From Candidatus Geocrenenecus huangii (GTDB lineage: Archaea; Thermoproteota; Nitrososphaeria_A; Caldarchaeales; Wolframiiraptoraceae): DNA of 64,000 nt. Each line of letters begins with the position of its first letter. Position 1 is the stretch's first letter. The position numbers and the translations under genes were made by a program. The notes beneath the pieces were generated by a model. That model did no database searches, had not been told where the DNA came from, and saw only the letters and a program-made list of their open reading frames with translations. Positions 28,025-37,860 of this stretch are shown piece after piece. The DNA is taken from contig JALNLM010000007.1 of NCBI GenBank assembly GCA_023254095.1, positions 1 to 64,000 of the forward strand, read 5' to 3'.

Positions 28025-28111
28025 GTAGACCTCCAGTATTTATAGGAGACGTAATATATTATTTTTATCTAACGTTTCATATTCTTATTCGGCTGACGGA
28101 GGCCAACATCA

Positions 28112-28693
28112 TTGGATGATAATAGATCCTCGGAGATATATGGGTACATTGCATCTCTTGAGCCAGTCGTTAGGAAGCATATAGTCACCTATAGAGTTAG
28201 AGTTGTATCTCCGGGGGCTGGTTCTTGGATAATCTTTATGAGAAATATTCCAAGAAAGTTTAAGCTCGGAGTATTTGCGAAGATAAAGATAGTAGAGAGT
28301 AAACAGATGGGGGAAGAGAAACTTATCGCGGAAGATGTAGAATTCCTTGAGAATCCGAAACCATGTGAATTCGTTGAGAGCATTATTGAGGAAGTATCCA
28401 GAGGTCCTGTTACAATAGTTTCAGGGTGGAGAGACAACAACTTCTTTAGCCTGCCTGTATCGGATGATGAAGTTTTGAAGAGGTTTAGTGTAGAGCTACC
28501 AGTGAAAGTTATGTGCTTGTTCATAGAGAGTAAGAGGGGTCTTAGTCTAGTATCGATCATGTCGAGTAAGGAGTGGAGAATAGTTAAAAGAACGCTAGAA
28601 CTGATTGAGATGATAGAAGAATACGAAGAAGAATCAGATAAGAAGTGCAGAGAAGAACTAGGTGAAGTTATGTATAAAATTAATCTAGAGTAG
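28112..28693 (+). CDS. Hypothetical protein, possibly tandem OB-fold
   Basis: 193-aa beta-rich ORF with acidic helical C-terminus; fold is a guess. Confidence 0.55.
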   Translation: MDDNRSSEIYGYIASLEPVVRKHIVTYRVRVVSPGAGSWIIFMRNIPRKFKLGVFAKIKIVESKQMGEEKLIAEDVEFLENPKPCEFVESIIEEVSRGPVTIVSGWRDNNFFSLPVSDDEVLKRFSVELPVKVMCLFIESKRGLSLVSIMSSKEWRIVKRTLELIEMIEEYEEESDKKCREELGEVMYKINLE

Positions 28694-28746
28694 TGGTTCA
28701 GGAGAATCTTTTTATTGCCATGGACAACATAGTTTAGATAAAGGTT

Positions 28747-29130
28747 ATGAAGGTAAGATATACTCCCGCTCCAGACTTGGAAGAAAGAGTTAGAATGATA
28801 GTGAACGTCATAGGTCTCAATTATATTGATGTCGAGAGAATAAGATGTGTTAGAAGTTATGGTTCAAGATCAGACACCTACGCTAGGATACATGGAGTCT
28901 CTAGAGCATTCATAATTGGTTTAAGGATGAAGCCCCACTACGTTATAGAGTTCATATCGGAGAATTTCGACCCTTTGCCAGAAGATGAAAAAGACAAGAT
29001 CATCATCCATGAACTCCTCCACATACCTAAAACTTTTAGCGGGAATCTTCTACCTCACGGAGGGTTCAAGATTGATAGAGAAGTCAAGATCCTGTACAAG
29101 ATATTAAGAGAACGTAGAGAGCTACATTGA
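28747..29130 (+). CDS. Putative zinc metallopeptidase (small archaeal HExxH family)
   Basis: YARIHG, YVIEFISENF, IIHELLHIP...GNLLPH. Confidence 0.82.
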   Translation: MKVRYTPAPDLEERVRMIVNVIGLNYIDVERIRCVRSYGSRSDTYARIHGVSRAFIIGLRMKPHYVIEFISENFDPLPEDEKDKIIIHELLHIPKTFSGNLLPHGGFKIDREVKILYKILRERRELH

Positions 29131-29132
29131 AC

Positions 29133-29840
29133 CTACCTAATGAATCGCTTGAAATTCTCCTCTATGACCTTTTCAAGATCCTCTAAAGATATCTCTTTCA
29201 TGGCCGCCATGGTTCTTAGCAGATCTCTTATCTTCAAAGGGTTGAGGTCCATCCCACGATACATGTAGGGGCCGTCACTCTCAGTGAGTAGGATGTCTAC
29301 TTCAGCCTTCTCAAGAATTGCTCTATGCTTTGCCTGAATGATGATCGCTGGATTAATCGATATGTAGTATCCTTGGGAAGCTATATCTTCCAGCAGATTC
29401 AGTGGACCAGTATACCAATGGAAGAGTACATTTTTAACGTTGTAGCTTGTCACAATATTTAGGCATTCTCTCCAAGTATCTAGAGCATGGACGTTCATTG
29501 GAAGATTCTTTTCAGAAGCCGCCTCACAAAATATCTTGAAAACAGATATCTGCTCTTCTAGAGACTTCTTACCATATCGTTTATCTAATCCGACTTCTCC
29601 TATTCCTTTAGATCTACAAGCTAAGTCAAGCGTCTTCTCTACTTCTTGACCTTCGATGTTTTTAAGATTCCATGGATGAACCCCTACAAACGGATAAATA
29701 TTCAGATAGTTCCTAGATATTTCTAGATTCTTTATACTGCTTTCGTAATCTTCTGCGACCCCTATTATCAATATGTCTTTGAATTTTTCTAATTCGTCTA
29801 ATCTATAGGCATATACGTGGCAGTGGGAGTCTACGAGCAT
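29133..29840 (-). CDS. tatD: TatD-family nuclease
   Basis: DSHCH, GVHPW, IGEVGLD, NVH, FHW, LTESDGP. Confidence 0.92.
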   Translation of the reverse strand: MLVDSHCHVYAYRLDELEKFKDILIIGVAEDYESSIKNLEISRNYLNIYPFVGVHPWNLKNIEGQEVEKTLDLACRSKGIGEVGLDKRYGKKSLEEQISVFKIFCEAASEKNLPMNVHALDTWRECLNIVTSYNVKNVLFHWYTGPLNLLEDIASQGYYISINPAIIIQAKHRAILEKAEVDILLTESDGPYMYRGMDLNPLKIRDLLRTMAAMKEISLEDLEKVIEENFKRFIR

Positions 29841-29961
29841 CCTAGAAAAGTTAGGTCTAAAATTATATTAAAACCTAGTATCCTCGCTAAAGTTCAACCG
29901 GTTAAGAAAGGCTTATCTGTTAAATTATCCTTTTTCGTAGACTTTTACTTGGAGAAGCGGC

Positions 29962-31041
29962 TTGCATGAATTCGCTGTTGTAGGTATGGGGATTACTGGA
30001 TTATCATCGGCCATCAGGTTAAGTGAGTACGGTTATAATGTAGTAATGCTAGGAGATGAGAAGAGCGCGTCGACAGCATGTGCAGGCATTATAACGCTTC
30101 AGCTTGAAGATCTTAGAGACATCATACTTGTTAAAGAAAGCATAAAGATAATAAATGAGCTAATCAGAGATTCCAGTTTAGATGAAGTAGGTGTAACTGG
30201 AAGAGGATTCATATCAGTTGAAGATCCCATAGAAGCTGAGGAAAGTGCAGAATTATTAAAGAAAGCAGGTGTTGAATTTAAACAATTTAACGTAGGAGAC
30301 GCTCTACAGATTTGGCCATGGTTGGTTCTTAATAAAGATGAGGTGGTGACATTAACGATTGATGATGTATCCGTCGAAGCAGACAAATTCATAAGATTCC
30401 TAATACGGAAAGCTGTAGAGAAAGGTGTCCGCATCGAGAAGAAGTGGGTTAAAGAGATAGTTTATGGGGAAAGACATAGACTAGTACTCAGCCAATCTGG
30501 AGAAATTCAAGCAGAGGTAGTCGTACTATGTCTAGGTGCTTGGACAAGAGTCTTCCTCTCAAAGTATGGGGTATCCATTCCGGTCGCAGTATTACGTATC
30601 CCAGCATATAGATTCAGAGTAAGCAGTAGAATAATATCTCTTGCAGATGAAGTCTATGAAAGTTACTGGAGACCTGGAGTAGATGGAACGATAGTTGGGG
30701 GAGGATATCATGCAGAGATAGTGGACGACCCACTACTATTCTTCCAGAAACCTCCCGATAGATTTCGAGTCGATGCAGAGAAACTTCTGAGATTAAGATT
30801 GTCGAGTAGAGCAGAATTGGTTGAAGAATGGTCTGGTCCTATAAGTATTACACCAGACCTAGACCCCATAATAGATAACTTGCCTGGATACGACAATGTC
30901 TTCTTTATTGATGGGTTAAGAGGCTACGGGCTGATGAGGGGTGTTGCTCTAGGATATCTCCTCGCAGATATCGTATCTCAAAGAAGAGGCCTGGATAGCA
31001 TCGAGGAGTATAGATTGTCAAGATTCTCAAATATCTTCTAA
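29962..31041 (+). CDS. FAD-dependent oxidoreductase (DAO/sarcosine oxidase family)
   Basis: VVGMGITGLSSA, CLGAW, ITPDLDPII, GLRGYG. Confidence 0.85.
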   Translation: MHEFAVVGMGITGLSSAIRLSEYGYNVVMLGDEKSASTACAGIITLQLEDLRDIILVKESIKIINELIRDSSLDEVGVTGRGFISVEDPIEAEESAELLKKAGVEFKQFNVGDALQIWPWLVLNKDEVVTLTIDDVSVEADKFIRFLIRKAVEKGVRIEKKWVKEIVYGERHRLVLSQSGEIQAEVVVLCLGAWTRVFLSKYGVSIPVAVLRIPAYRFRVSSRIISLADEVYESYWRPGVDGTIVGGGYHAEIVDDPLLFFQKPPDRFRVDAEKLLRLRLSSRAELVEEWSGPISITPDLDPIIDNLPGYDNVFFIDGLRGYGLMRGVALGYLLADIVSQRRGLDSIEEYRLSRFSNIF

Positions 31042-31170
31042 AAAGACCAGAAGAGACTTCTCTCTTAAGCATCTTCTTTAATTACTGCTGTGGCGTAAAC
31101 AAATATGTTAGATGTTACTGGATAGTGGCCTCTACACTTTTCTAGGGGACGATAATATTGTTAGTAGAAG

Positions 31171-32352
31171 TTAGGGTAGGACTTGCTTTAATACTTCTAG
31201 ACTTTCTGCGAGATGGCTTGTAGCACATGAGAATGAGAATCTTATATATTCCGAGCTTGCTGGTCCAAACTCTGACCCTGGCGTGCTCCCAAGCCCGAAC
31301 TTCAACAAGTAATTTGTCATAGCCCAATCGCTTCTCTTCCCTTCGTTGTCTCTCCAGTCTTCACTTATCTTACACCATATGTAGAATGCTCCTCTAGGTT
31401 TAAACGGTTTGATAGATCTCATCTTGCTTGTAGTCTCATATATCATATCTCTTCTACGCTGGTATTCTCTTCTCATTTCTTCTATGTATTCTTTAGGTCC
31501 ATTAAATGCTGCTAAAGCTCCATACTGCGCAACCGAGTTTACACCATTTATCGTGCATCTAAGGAGCTTCTTTCCCCTCTCAATTATCTTATCTATGTTT
31601 GTAACTATGTATCCTATTCTAAGCCCACTCATTGCAAAGCTCTTGGATGTAGAGAATATGGTTATAGTTCTATCTTCAGCCCCTTCTAGAGAACCTATAC
31701 TGACATGTTTTAGCCCATCGTAGATTATGTGCTCATATGCCTCATCACTAACAATGTATAGATTTCTTCTCACGGCTATCTCTACAAGTTCTTCAAGAAT
31801 CTTCTTCGGAAATACGGCTCCAGTAGGATTATGCGGTGTATTTATGAAGATGGCTTTTGTCCTAGATGTTATTAATGATTCTACGTCAGATGGGTCATAT
31901 ACAAAATCGTTTTCAGGCTTTAGTATGCATCTTACTGGAGCACCTCCTGCGAGTCTCACATTATCTGCTATCTCTGTCCACATTGGATCCGGTATTATCA
32001 CTTCTTCTCCTGGTAATAGCAAGGCTCTAAATGTTACGTATAGTCCATGCATGGCCCCATTGGTTACGAGGATGTGGTTATGGTCTTTGATAGGTATTTT
32101 ATTTTCTTCCACGACTTTCCTATACATCGCTTCTCTTAGAGGGCTTATACCAGTTGATTCTGTATAATGAGTATATCCCTTCATTAATGCATCTATCATC
32201 GCGTCTCTAACGTGGGGAGGGATATCGAACGAGGGGTCTCCAGATTCAAGTCTATAGACTTTCTTACCTTCATTACGCATCTTCAGTAGAGTATCCCGTA
32301 TCGCTACAATTCCTCCAAAAGAAATTTTATCAACTATTGACTCCATCTCCAT
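31171..32352 (-). CDS. PLP-dependent aminotransferase class I/II
   Basis: NTPHNPTG, SDEAY, STSKSFAMSGLRIG, YIRFSF. Confidence 0.93.
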   Translation of the reverse strand: MEMESIVDKISFGGIVAIRDTLLKMRNEGKKVYRLESGDPSFDIPPHVRDAMIDALMKGYTHYTESTGISPLREAMYRKVVEENKIPIKDHNHILVTNGAMHGLYVTFRALLLPGEEVIIPDPMWTEIADNVRLAGGAPVRCILKPENDFVYDPSDVESLITSRTKAIFINTPHNPTGAVFPKKILEELVEIAVRRNLYIVSDEAYEHIIYDGLKHVSIGSLEGAEDRTITIFSTSKSFAMSGLRIGYIVTNIDKIIERGKKLLRCTINGVNSVAQYGALAAFNGPKEYIEEMRREYQRRRDMIYETTSKMRSIKPFKPRGAFYIWCKISEDWRDNEGKRSDWAMTNYLLKFGLGSTPGSEFGPASSEYIRFSFSCATSHLAESLEVLKQVLP

Positions 32353-32495
32353 TTGCTGTTTATATGATCTTTTTATCTAATTAACTTTTTTCCATAGTCT
32401 CGTCATATTTGCCGACAAATTGTCGTAATAACGGGACATTATACGTCAGTTTGCCTAGAAAAAAATTAATGAATAAACTGGCGGTATCTATTTTT

Positions 32496-32906
32496 ATGAA
32501 GGTTATTACTAAGAATTTTACTATTGAAAGTAGGAAGAAAATAGATTTCATAGACATTACGAATTCTGTTGAAGACGTATTACGGGAAGTAGAGGTAGTT
32601 GAGGGCCTAGTGACAATATTTACACCTCATACAACTACATGTCTATTCATTAATGAAGATGAAAAAAGATTGATGGATGATTTGGAGAAGATGTTAGAAA
32701 AGCTTGTACCCATTAAGGGAAACTACTTTCACGATAATGTAGATGATAACGCATATGCTCATCTCCGCTCAATACTTTTAAGCACAAGTATCTCTATACC
32801 TGTATCTAATGGAAGACTACTACTGGGAACTTGGCAGAACATCTTCTTGGCAGAGTTTGATGGGCCAAGAAAGAGAACCTACATAATACAGGTTATGGGT
32901 GCCTAG
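32496..32906 (+). CDS. yjbQ: YjbQ/UPF0047 family protein
   Basis: PHTT..L.INE, DNAYAHL, LGTWQ, EFDGPR; ATG at 32496 preferred. Confidence 0.92.
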   Translation: MKVITKNFTIESRKKIDFIDITNSVEDVLREVEVVEGLVTIFTPHTTTCLFINEDEKRLMDDLEKMLEKLVPIKGNYFHDNVDDNAYAHLRSILLSTSISIPVSNGRLLLGTWQNIFLAEFDGPRKRTYIIQVMGA

Positions 32907-32951
32907 ATTCAAGCTTTTACTAATTCTACTAGATCCGTCCTGCATACAGAC

Positions 32952-33269
32952 TTATCGAACGATCATCTCTACAGAGACATCTTCAGGTATCTGGATCCTC
33001 ATTATAGCTCTCATTACTCTCTGGTCCGTAATATGTAGGTCTATGAGCCTCCTGTATATTCTCAGCTCATGCTTCCTCCATGTCTTAGTCCCCTCGCCGC
33101 AGGGGGATTTCCTAACAGGGATGAGGAGCCTCTTTCTTGGAAGAGGTATCGGTCCAGAAATCTTAGTCCCAGTTTTGATCGCTATATCCTTTATTTCCGC
33201 ACATACTCTCTCGATCTTTTCCAGATCTATGCTCGTCAGCTTAATCCTTACCTTCGTCGGCATATCCAA
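32952..33269 (-). CDS. rps10: 30S ribosomal protein S10
   Basis: GPIPLP, RKSPCGEGTKTW, RIYRRLID. Confidence 0.96.
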   Translation of the reverse strand: MDMPTKVRIKLTSIDLEKIERVCAEIKDIAIKTGTKISGPIPLPRKRLLIPVRKSPCGEGTKTWRKHELRIYRRLIDLHITDQRVMRAIMRIQIPEDVSVEMIVR

Positions 33270-33500
33270 ACAAACAACCTAATTAACGTATTAATAAACT
33301 TCAACTATCCAGAAAACCCAAAGCCATCGATCCCAAGCATTGAATACTCCAATCACCCTTTCTGAGAATTCGGGATTGTGGAGCCATGTATTCTCTCAGA
33401 TGAAATACATTTTAACTAGTATTTACTATAATTTCTCAGAGAATGTATAGCTTCTTCAATTCTGCTAGAATGCTTGTAGGCTTTTGACTACTAGCTCTAC

Positions 33501-34775
33501 TTGGAGGTGTCTCTATACTTGGAGGTTAAATTCGATAGAAAAGATTCTGTAACCCTATACAAATTTAAGAAGCTGATTAGAGAACTTGAATCTAAAGAAG
33601 GTAGAGGCACTGAGCTTATATCAATATATATTCCACCCGGTAAACCTATCTCCGACGTCATAGGGTATCTTAGACAAGAATATTCAACCGCAGCGAACAT
33701 AAAGTCTAAGACGACTAGGAAGAATGTTCAAGACGCTATTGAGAGCGCTATCCAGAGATTGAAGCTGTTCAATAGAGCTGGACCAACGGGATTGATAGTA
33801 TTTAGTGGAGCAGTACCTCAAAATGGTCCCGGAAAAGAGAAAATAGAAGTATACCACATCATCCCTCCGGAACCAATAGACATCTTCTTGTATAGATGTG
33901 ATAGTAAATTCTATCTTGATCCTCTTAAAGATCTGTTGAAAGAAAAAGACGTCTATGGAGTAATAGTAATTGATAATGAAGAAGCCGCCGTAGCAGTAAT
34001 AAAAGGTAGAAGAATTGTTGAGATGAAGAAATTTACTTCAGGTGTTCCAGGCAAGCATAGAGCTGGTGGACAGTCATCCCGAAGATTTGAGAGATTGAGA
34101 GAAATGAGTTTAAACGAGTATTATAAGAGGGTTGGAGACCATGCGAATCAGATACTTCTCCAGTATCCGGAGTTGAAGGGAATAATACTTGGAGGGCCGG
34201 GACCAACAAAAGAAATATTTGCGGAAGGAGACTATCTACACTACACGTTTAAAGACAAAATACATGCCGTCGATACATCGTATTCTGGTGAAGAAGGTGT
34301 AAGAGAAGCAATCCAGAAAGCTAGAGATTTCTTGAAGGAAGTTAGAATGATTGAAGAACAAGAAATGGTTAGGAGATTCATGAGCGAGATAGCCTCGGAG
34401 AATCCCGCGGTAGTCTATGGGGAGAAGGAAGTTCTACAAGCATTGAAGTCCAGGACCGTAGAGATACTGCTGGTCTCAGAGGACCTCGAGAGAGTCTACA
34501 TCGAGGTAAAATGTGGAAATTGCGGAGAAAAATATTCATACATGCTGGATGAATCCGAGCTGACCTCGAAAGTTCCCGAGATACTTTCTAAACAATGCTC
34601 AAGATGTGGTGCTCAGTCTTTACAGCTAGCTGACCAGAAATCGATGGTTGATTTCTGGATAGAAGAAGGGGAGAGAGCTCAAGCAAGAGTAGAACTGGTA
34701 TCTTCAAGCCATGAAGAAGGAGAGATATTGAAGAAGGCTTTTGGGGGAGTGGCGGGGCTACTGAAAGGACACTAG
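33501..34775 (+). CDS. prf1: Peptide chain release factor aRF1 with Zn-binding minidomain
   Basis: TAANIKS, YRCDSKF, HRAGGQS, CGNC...CSRC, AFGGVAGLL. Confidence 0.96.
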   Translation: MEVSLYLEVKFDRKDSVTLYKFKKLIRELESKEGRGTELISIYIPPGKPISDVIGYLRQEYSTAANIKSKTTRKNVQDAIESAIQRLKLFNRAGPTGLIVFSGAVPQNGPGKEKIEVYHIIPPEPIDIFLYRCDSKFYLDPLKDLLKEKDVYGVIVIDNEEAAVAVIKGRRIVEMKKFTSGVPGKHRAGGQSSRRFERLREMSLNEYYKRVGDHANQILLQYPELKGIILGGPGPTKEIFAEGDYLHYTFKDKIHAVDTSYSGEEGVREAIQKARDFLKEVRMIEEQEMVRRFMSEIASENPAVVYGEKEVLQALKSRTVEILLVSEDLERVYIEVKCGNCGEKYSYMLDESELTSKVPEILSKQCSRCGAQSLQLADQKSMVDFWIEEGERAQARVELVSSSHEEGEILKKAFGGVAGLLKGH

Positions 34776-35257
34776 CCAGGCTGCTCAATAGTTTCCTTCG
34801 CGTAGACGCTGAAGATCGGTCTGAACCCGAATTTCTCATAGAATGAGACAGCGATAGTATTCAGAGATGGAAAGCTTACAGTTATGAAGCTTACTTTATT
34901 TCTAAGCTTCTCGATCGCGTACTCAAGCATCTTTTTACCTATACCCATCCGCCTATATTGTGGAAGAATGTAGAATTCCTGTATCTGTCCTTCAAGAGGT
35001 GGGTCGTAGAAGACCCGATTAATGTATCCTGCCTTCAGTACGGCCACGATCCTTCCCTTGTGCTCAGCTACTATAACGAGTGAATTTTCAGACCGTATTG
35101 CCTCCTTCATATATTCCCTGCATGATTGCTCAAGATTTTCAGATACATTAAGTAGTGGGTCAAATTCCTCATTCAATCTCTTAAGTCTAGCCACCAGCAT
35201 AGCTACCTGGTCTAAATCTTTCTCGTTTGCTTCTCTAAAAACTACTTCCGCCATCAT
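34772..35257 (-). CDS. GNAT-family N-acetyltransferase
   Basis: ILPQYRRMGIGKKML, N..AVSFYEKFGF. Confidence 0.9.
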   Translation of the reverse strand: MMAEVVFREANEKDLDQVAMLVARLKRLNEEFDPLLNVSENLEQSCREYMKEAIRSENSLVIVAEHKGRIVAVLKAGYINRVFYDPPLEGQIQEFYILPQYRRMGIGKKMLEYAIEKLRNKVSFITVSFPSLNTIAVSFYEKFGFRPIFSVYAKETIEQPG

Positions 35258-35391
35258 CTCTCACAGTAGGATCATCTTACTTCTTAATAAAGTGTAATCT
35301 GCGTATTTCTCATAATTCTTATCTGTAAGTTTAAGGTTAAGTTAATTTCATGGATAAGGATGGAGATCGGTAGAATGTTGGGTGAGATTCT

Positions 35392-36291
35392 TTGAAGAAG
35401 GTTTCAGAGCATGTTTATCTTCTTGATACGCATGCATTAGGATTTCAGGAATTTGTAGCTGCTTACCTTATCGTTGGAGATAAATCATCTGCAATAGTAG
35501 ATATTGGTTATGCTTCATCTTTACCGAAGGTTCTAGAAGAGCTTAGCGGAGTAGGTTTAAAACCTATAGATATAGACTACATCATCCCAACCCACCTCCA
35601 CTTAGATCATGCTGGAGCTACTTCATACTTTATCGAAAACTCAAAGAAAAGCATCGTATTATGTCATCCTAGAGCTGTAAAACATTTTCTAGACCCGAGC
35701 AAGCTTAATGCTAGTGTAAGAGAGATCTACGGAGACTTTGCATCATTTTTCGGATTAGCTGAGCCGGTCCCAATCGAGAATATTAGAAGTGTTCAAGATT
35801 ATGAAAGAATAGATCTTGGAGGTGTTTCTTTAAGATTCCTATATGCTCCAGGCCATGCGCCTCACCAAATCGTAGTTTACGTAGAAGAAGATGAGGCATT
35901 AATTACTGGGGATGCAGTATCCATTGAAACTCCTTCTTTTCCTTTAAGAGTCCCCACGACCCCTCCTCCAAGCTACAACTACATTGAGGCAGTAGAGACT
36001 CTAAATAAGCTGTCAAAGCTGAAATCCAGGATTATTCTTAGACCACATTTCGGAGTGAAGGCATGGTCTCCAGAATACTTTAAGGAAGAATTCACTTTAC
36101 TGGAAAAATGGAAGAAAGATGTTGAAGAAACAATGAAGGAACAAGCAAACATGGATGATGCAGTAAGAAATTTAATAAACAAGTATGTTGGAGATTACAA
36201 ATTCCAATTATCCAACATGCCTATATACCTATATGTGACTATAAAAATATCGTGTCTAGGCATGATGAAGTACCTAGAAGATCAACGTTAG
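35392..36291 (+). CDS. MBL-fold metallo-hydrolase
   Basis: THLHLDHAG, PGHAPH, TGDA, PHFG. Confidence 0.9.
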   Translation: MKKVSEHVYLLDTHALGFQEFVAAYLIVGDKSSAIVDIGYASSLPKVLEELSGVGLKPIDIDYIIPTHLHLDHAGATSYFIENSKKSIVLCHPRAVKHFLDPSKLNASVREIYGDFASFFGLAEPVPIENIRSVQDYERIDLGGVSLRFLYAPGHAPHQIVVYVEEDEALITGDAVSIETPSFPLRVPTTPPPSYNYIEAVETLNKLSKLKSRIILRPHFGVKAWSPEYFKEEFTLLEKWKKDVEETMKEQANMDDAVRNLINKYVGDYKFQLSNMPIYLYVTIKISCLGMMKYLEDQR

Positions 36292-36322
36292 GTTTTTGAT
36301 ATACTGTAATTATAGTATTTAC

Positions 36323-37240
36323 ATGATAACTGTGGTTGGGTCCGGACGTGTAGGTATCTCTGTAGCAATTCATATCGCGTTGAAAGAATTGGATGATATA
36401 ACCTTGATAGATATTGTCGAAGGTCTACCTCAAGGAGAAGCTTTAGACCTATCTCATATGTGTGGGATACTTGGGATAGATGTAGATATCCGTGGATCAA
36501 ATGATTACAAGGATATGACCGGCTCTGATATAGTTGTTATTCCAGCTGGATTTATTCGGAAAGCAGATATGACCAGAATGGACTTATTATTCAAGAATTA
36601 CGAAGTAATAAAACAGGTTTCTGAAAAAGTTAAAGAATATGCTCCGAAATCCAAGGTAATAATTGTAACTAACCCGTTAGACGTTATGACTTACGTTGCA
36701 TACAAGGTTACAGGTTTCGAGAGAAATAGGGTAATAGGTTTCAGCGGTCCACTAGATACTGGAAGATTCAAGACATTGATAAAGAGGGAACTGGGCGTTT
36801 CATACAAATCGATGGATGTGCCTATAATAGGAGAACATGGAGAAACAATGGTCCTACTTCCCAGACATACATATGTATGCGGTAAACCCCTCGTAGAGCT
36901 CTTACCGAAAGAGAAGATAGACCAAATAGTTGAAGAAACGAAGAAGATGGGAGCCCAGGTAATCAAGTTGAAGGGCTGGTCTGCATCTCATGCTCCAGGC
37001 GCAGGGGTCGCTATAATGGTTGAGTCAATAGTGAAAGACCAGAAAAGAGTTATACCTACCTCTGTATATCTAAATGGGGAGTACGGCGTATCAGATGTAT
37101 GTCTTGTTGTTCCAGCAGTGCTAGGAAAGAATGGTGTAGAAAGTATCATCGAGCTTCCACTGAATAATGAAGAGAAGAACGCTTTCATAAAAAGTGCAGA
37201 GACGGTCAAGAACGCTATATCACAGCTAAAACTTCAGTAA
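36323..37240 (+). CDS. mdh: Malate dehydrogenase (LDH-like)
   Basis: VVGSGRVG, RKADMTRMDL (Arg specificity loop), VTNPLD, IGEHG; ATG at 36323. Confidence 0.9.
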   Translation: MITVVGSGRVGISVAIHIALKELDDITLIDIVEGLPQGEALDLSHMCGILGIDVDIRGSNDYKDMTGSDIVVIPAGFIRKADMTRMDLLFKNYEVIKQVSEKVKEYAPKSKVIIVTNPLDVMTYVAYKVTGFERNRVIGFSGPLDTGRFKTLIKRELGVSYKSMDVPIIGEHGETMVLLPRHTYVCGKPLVELLPKEKIDQIVEETKKMGAQVIKLKGWSASHAPGAGVAIMVESIVKDQKRVIPTSVYLNGEYGVSDVCLVVPAVLGKNGVESIIELPLNNEEKNAFIKSAETVKNAISQLKLQ

Positions 37241-37860
37241 GGGACAAATCTCCTCGGCTTAGGGATCATGAATCCGGGCATATTCTCTTCATATTTTTTT
37301 ATCCTCTCTATATGATTCTTTAAGGTCAATTCTATCTCGTCTAGGCCTTGCAGAAATCTCTCCCTAACTACGTTATTCATCTCAAACCTGATTATATTAT
37401 CTTTGAATTCGATAGTATTCTTCTCCAAGTCTATCTTTAATACCAAAGTTTCTCTTTCCGCCAATTCCTGAAGCATCTTTACTTCTTCTTCAGGCAACTT
37501 TATACATAGAAGCATATTCTTGATAGAATTAACGTAGAATATGTCTCCAAATGATGGGGCTATAACACATCTTATCCCAAGGTCTTGAAGAGCCCAGACA
37601 GCGTTTTCTCTAGAAGAACCAATGCCGAAGTTTCTCCCAGCTATAAGTATAGAAGCATCCGAGTATCTAGGATCGTTAAGGATGAAGTCTCTCTTAAGAC
37701 TTCCATCTTCATTATATCTCCAGCGATAGAAACAGTATCTCCCCAAGCCCTTCTTACTAAGTATCTTTAGAAACTCCGCTGGGATAATCTGGTCTGTGTC
37801 AACATTATCTAATTTTAGAGGTGCAGCCTTACCTTCTATAACTCTAATAGCCTCCAGCAT
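37234..37860 (-). CDS. leuD: 3-isopropylmalate dehydratase small subunit
   Basis: NVDTDQIIPA, NFGIGSSRE, SFGDIF, GLDEI. Confidence 0.93.
   Translation of the reverse strand: MLEAIRVIEGKAAPLKLDNVDTDQIIPAEFLKILSKKGLGRYCFYRWRYNEDGSLKRDFILNDPRYSDASILIAGRNFGIGSSRENAVWALQDLGIRCVIAPSFGDIFYVNSIKNMLLCIKLPEEEVKMLQELAERETLVLKIDLEKNTIEFKDNIIRFEMNNVVRERFLQGLDEIELTLKNHIERIKKYEENMPGFMIPKPRRFVPY

Noticed and set aside
32413-32425. Palindrome CGACAA-A-TTGTCG between the aminotransferase and yjbQ
   Set aside because: Single short occurrence with no second copy noticed; not distinguishable from chance
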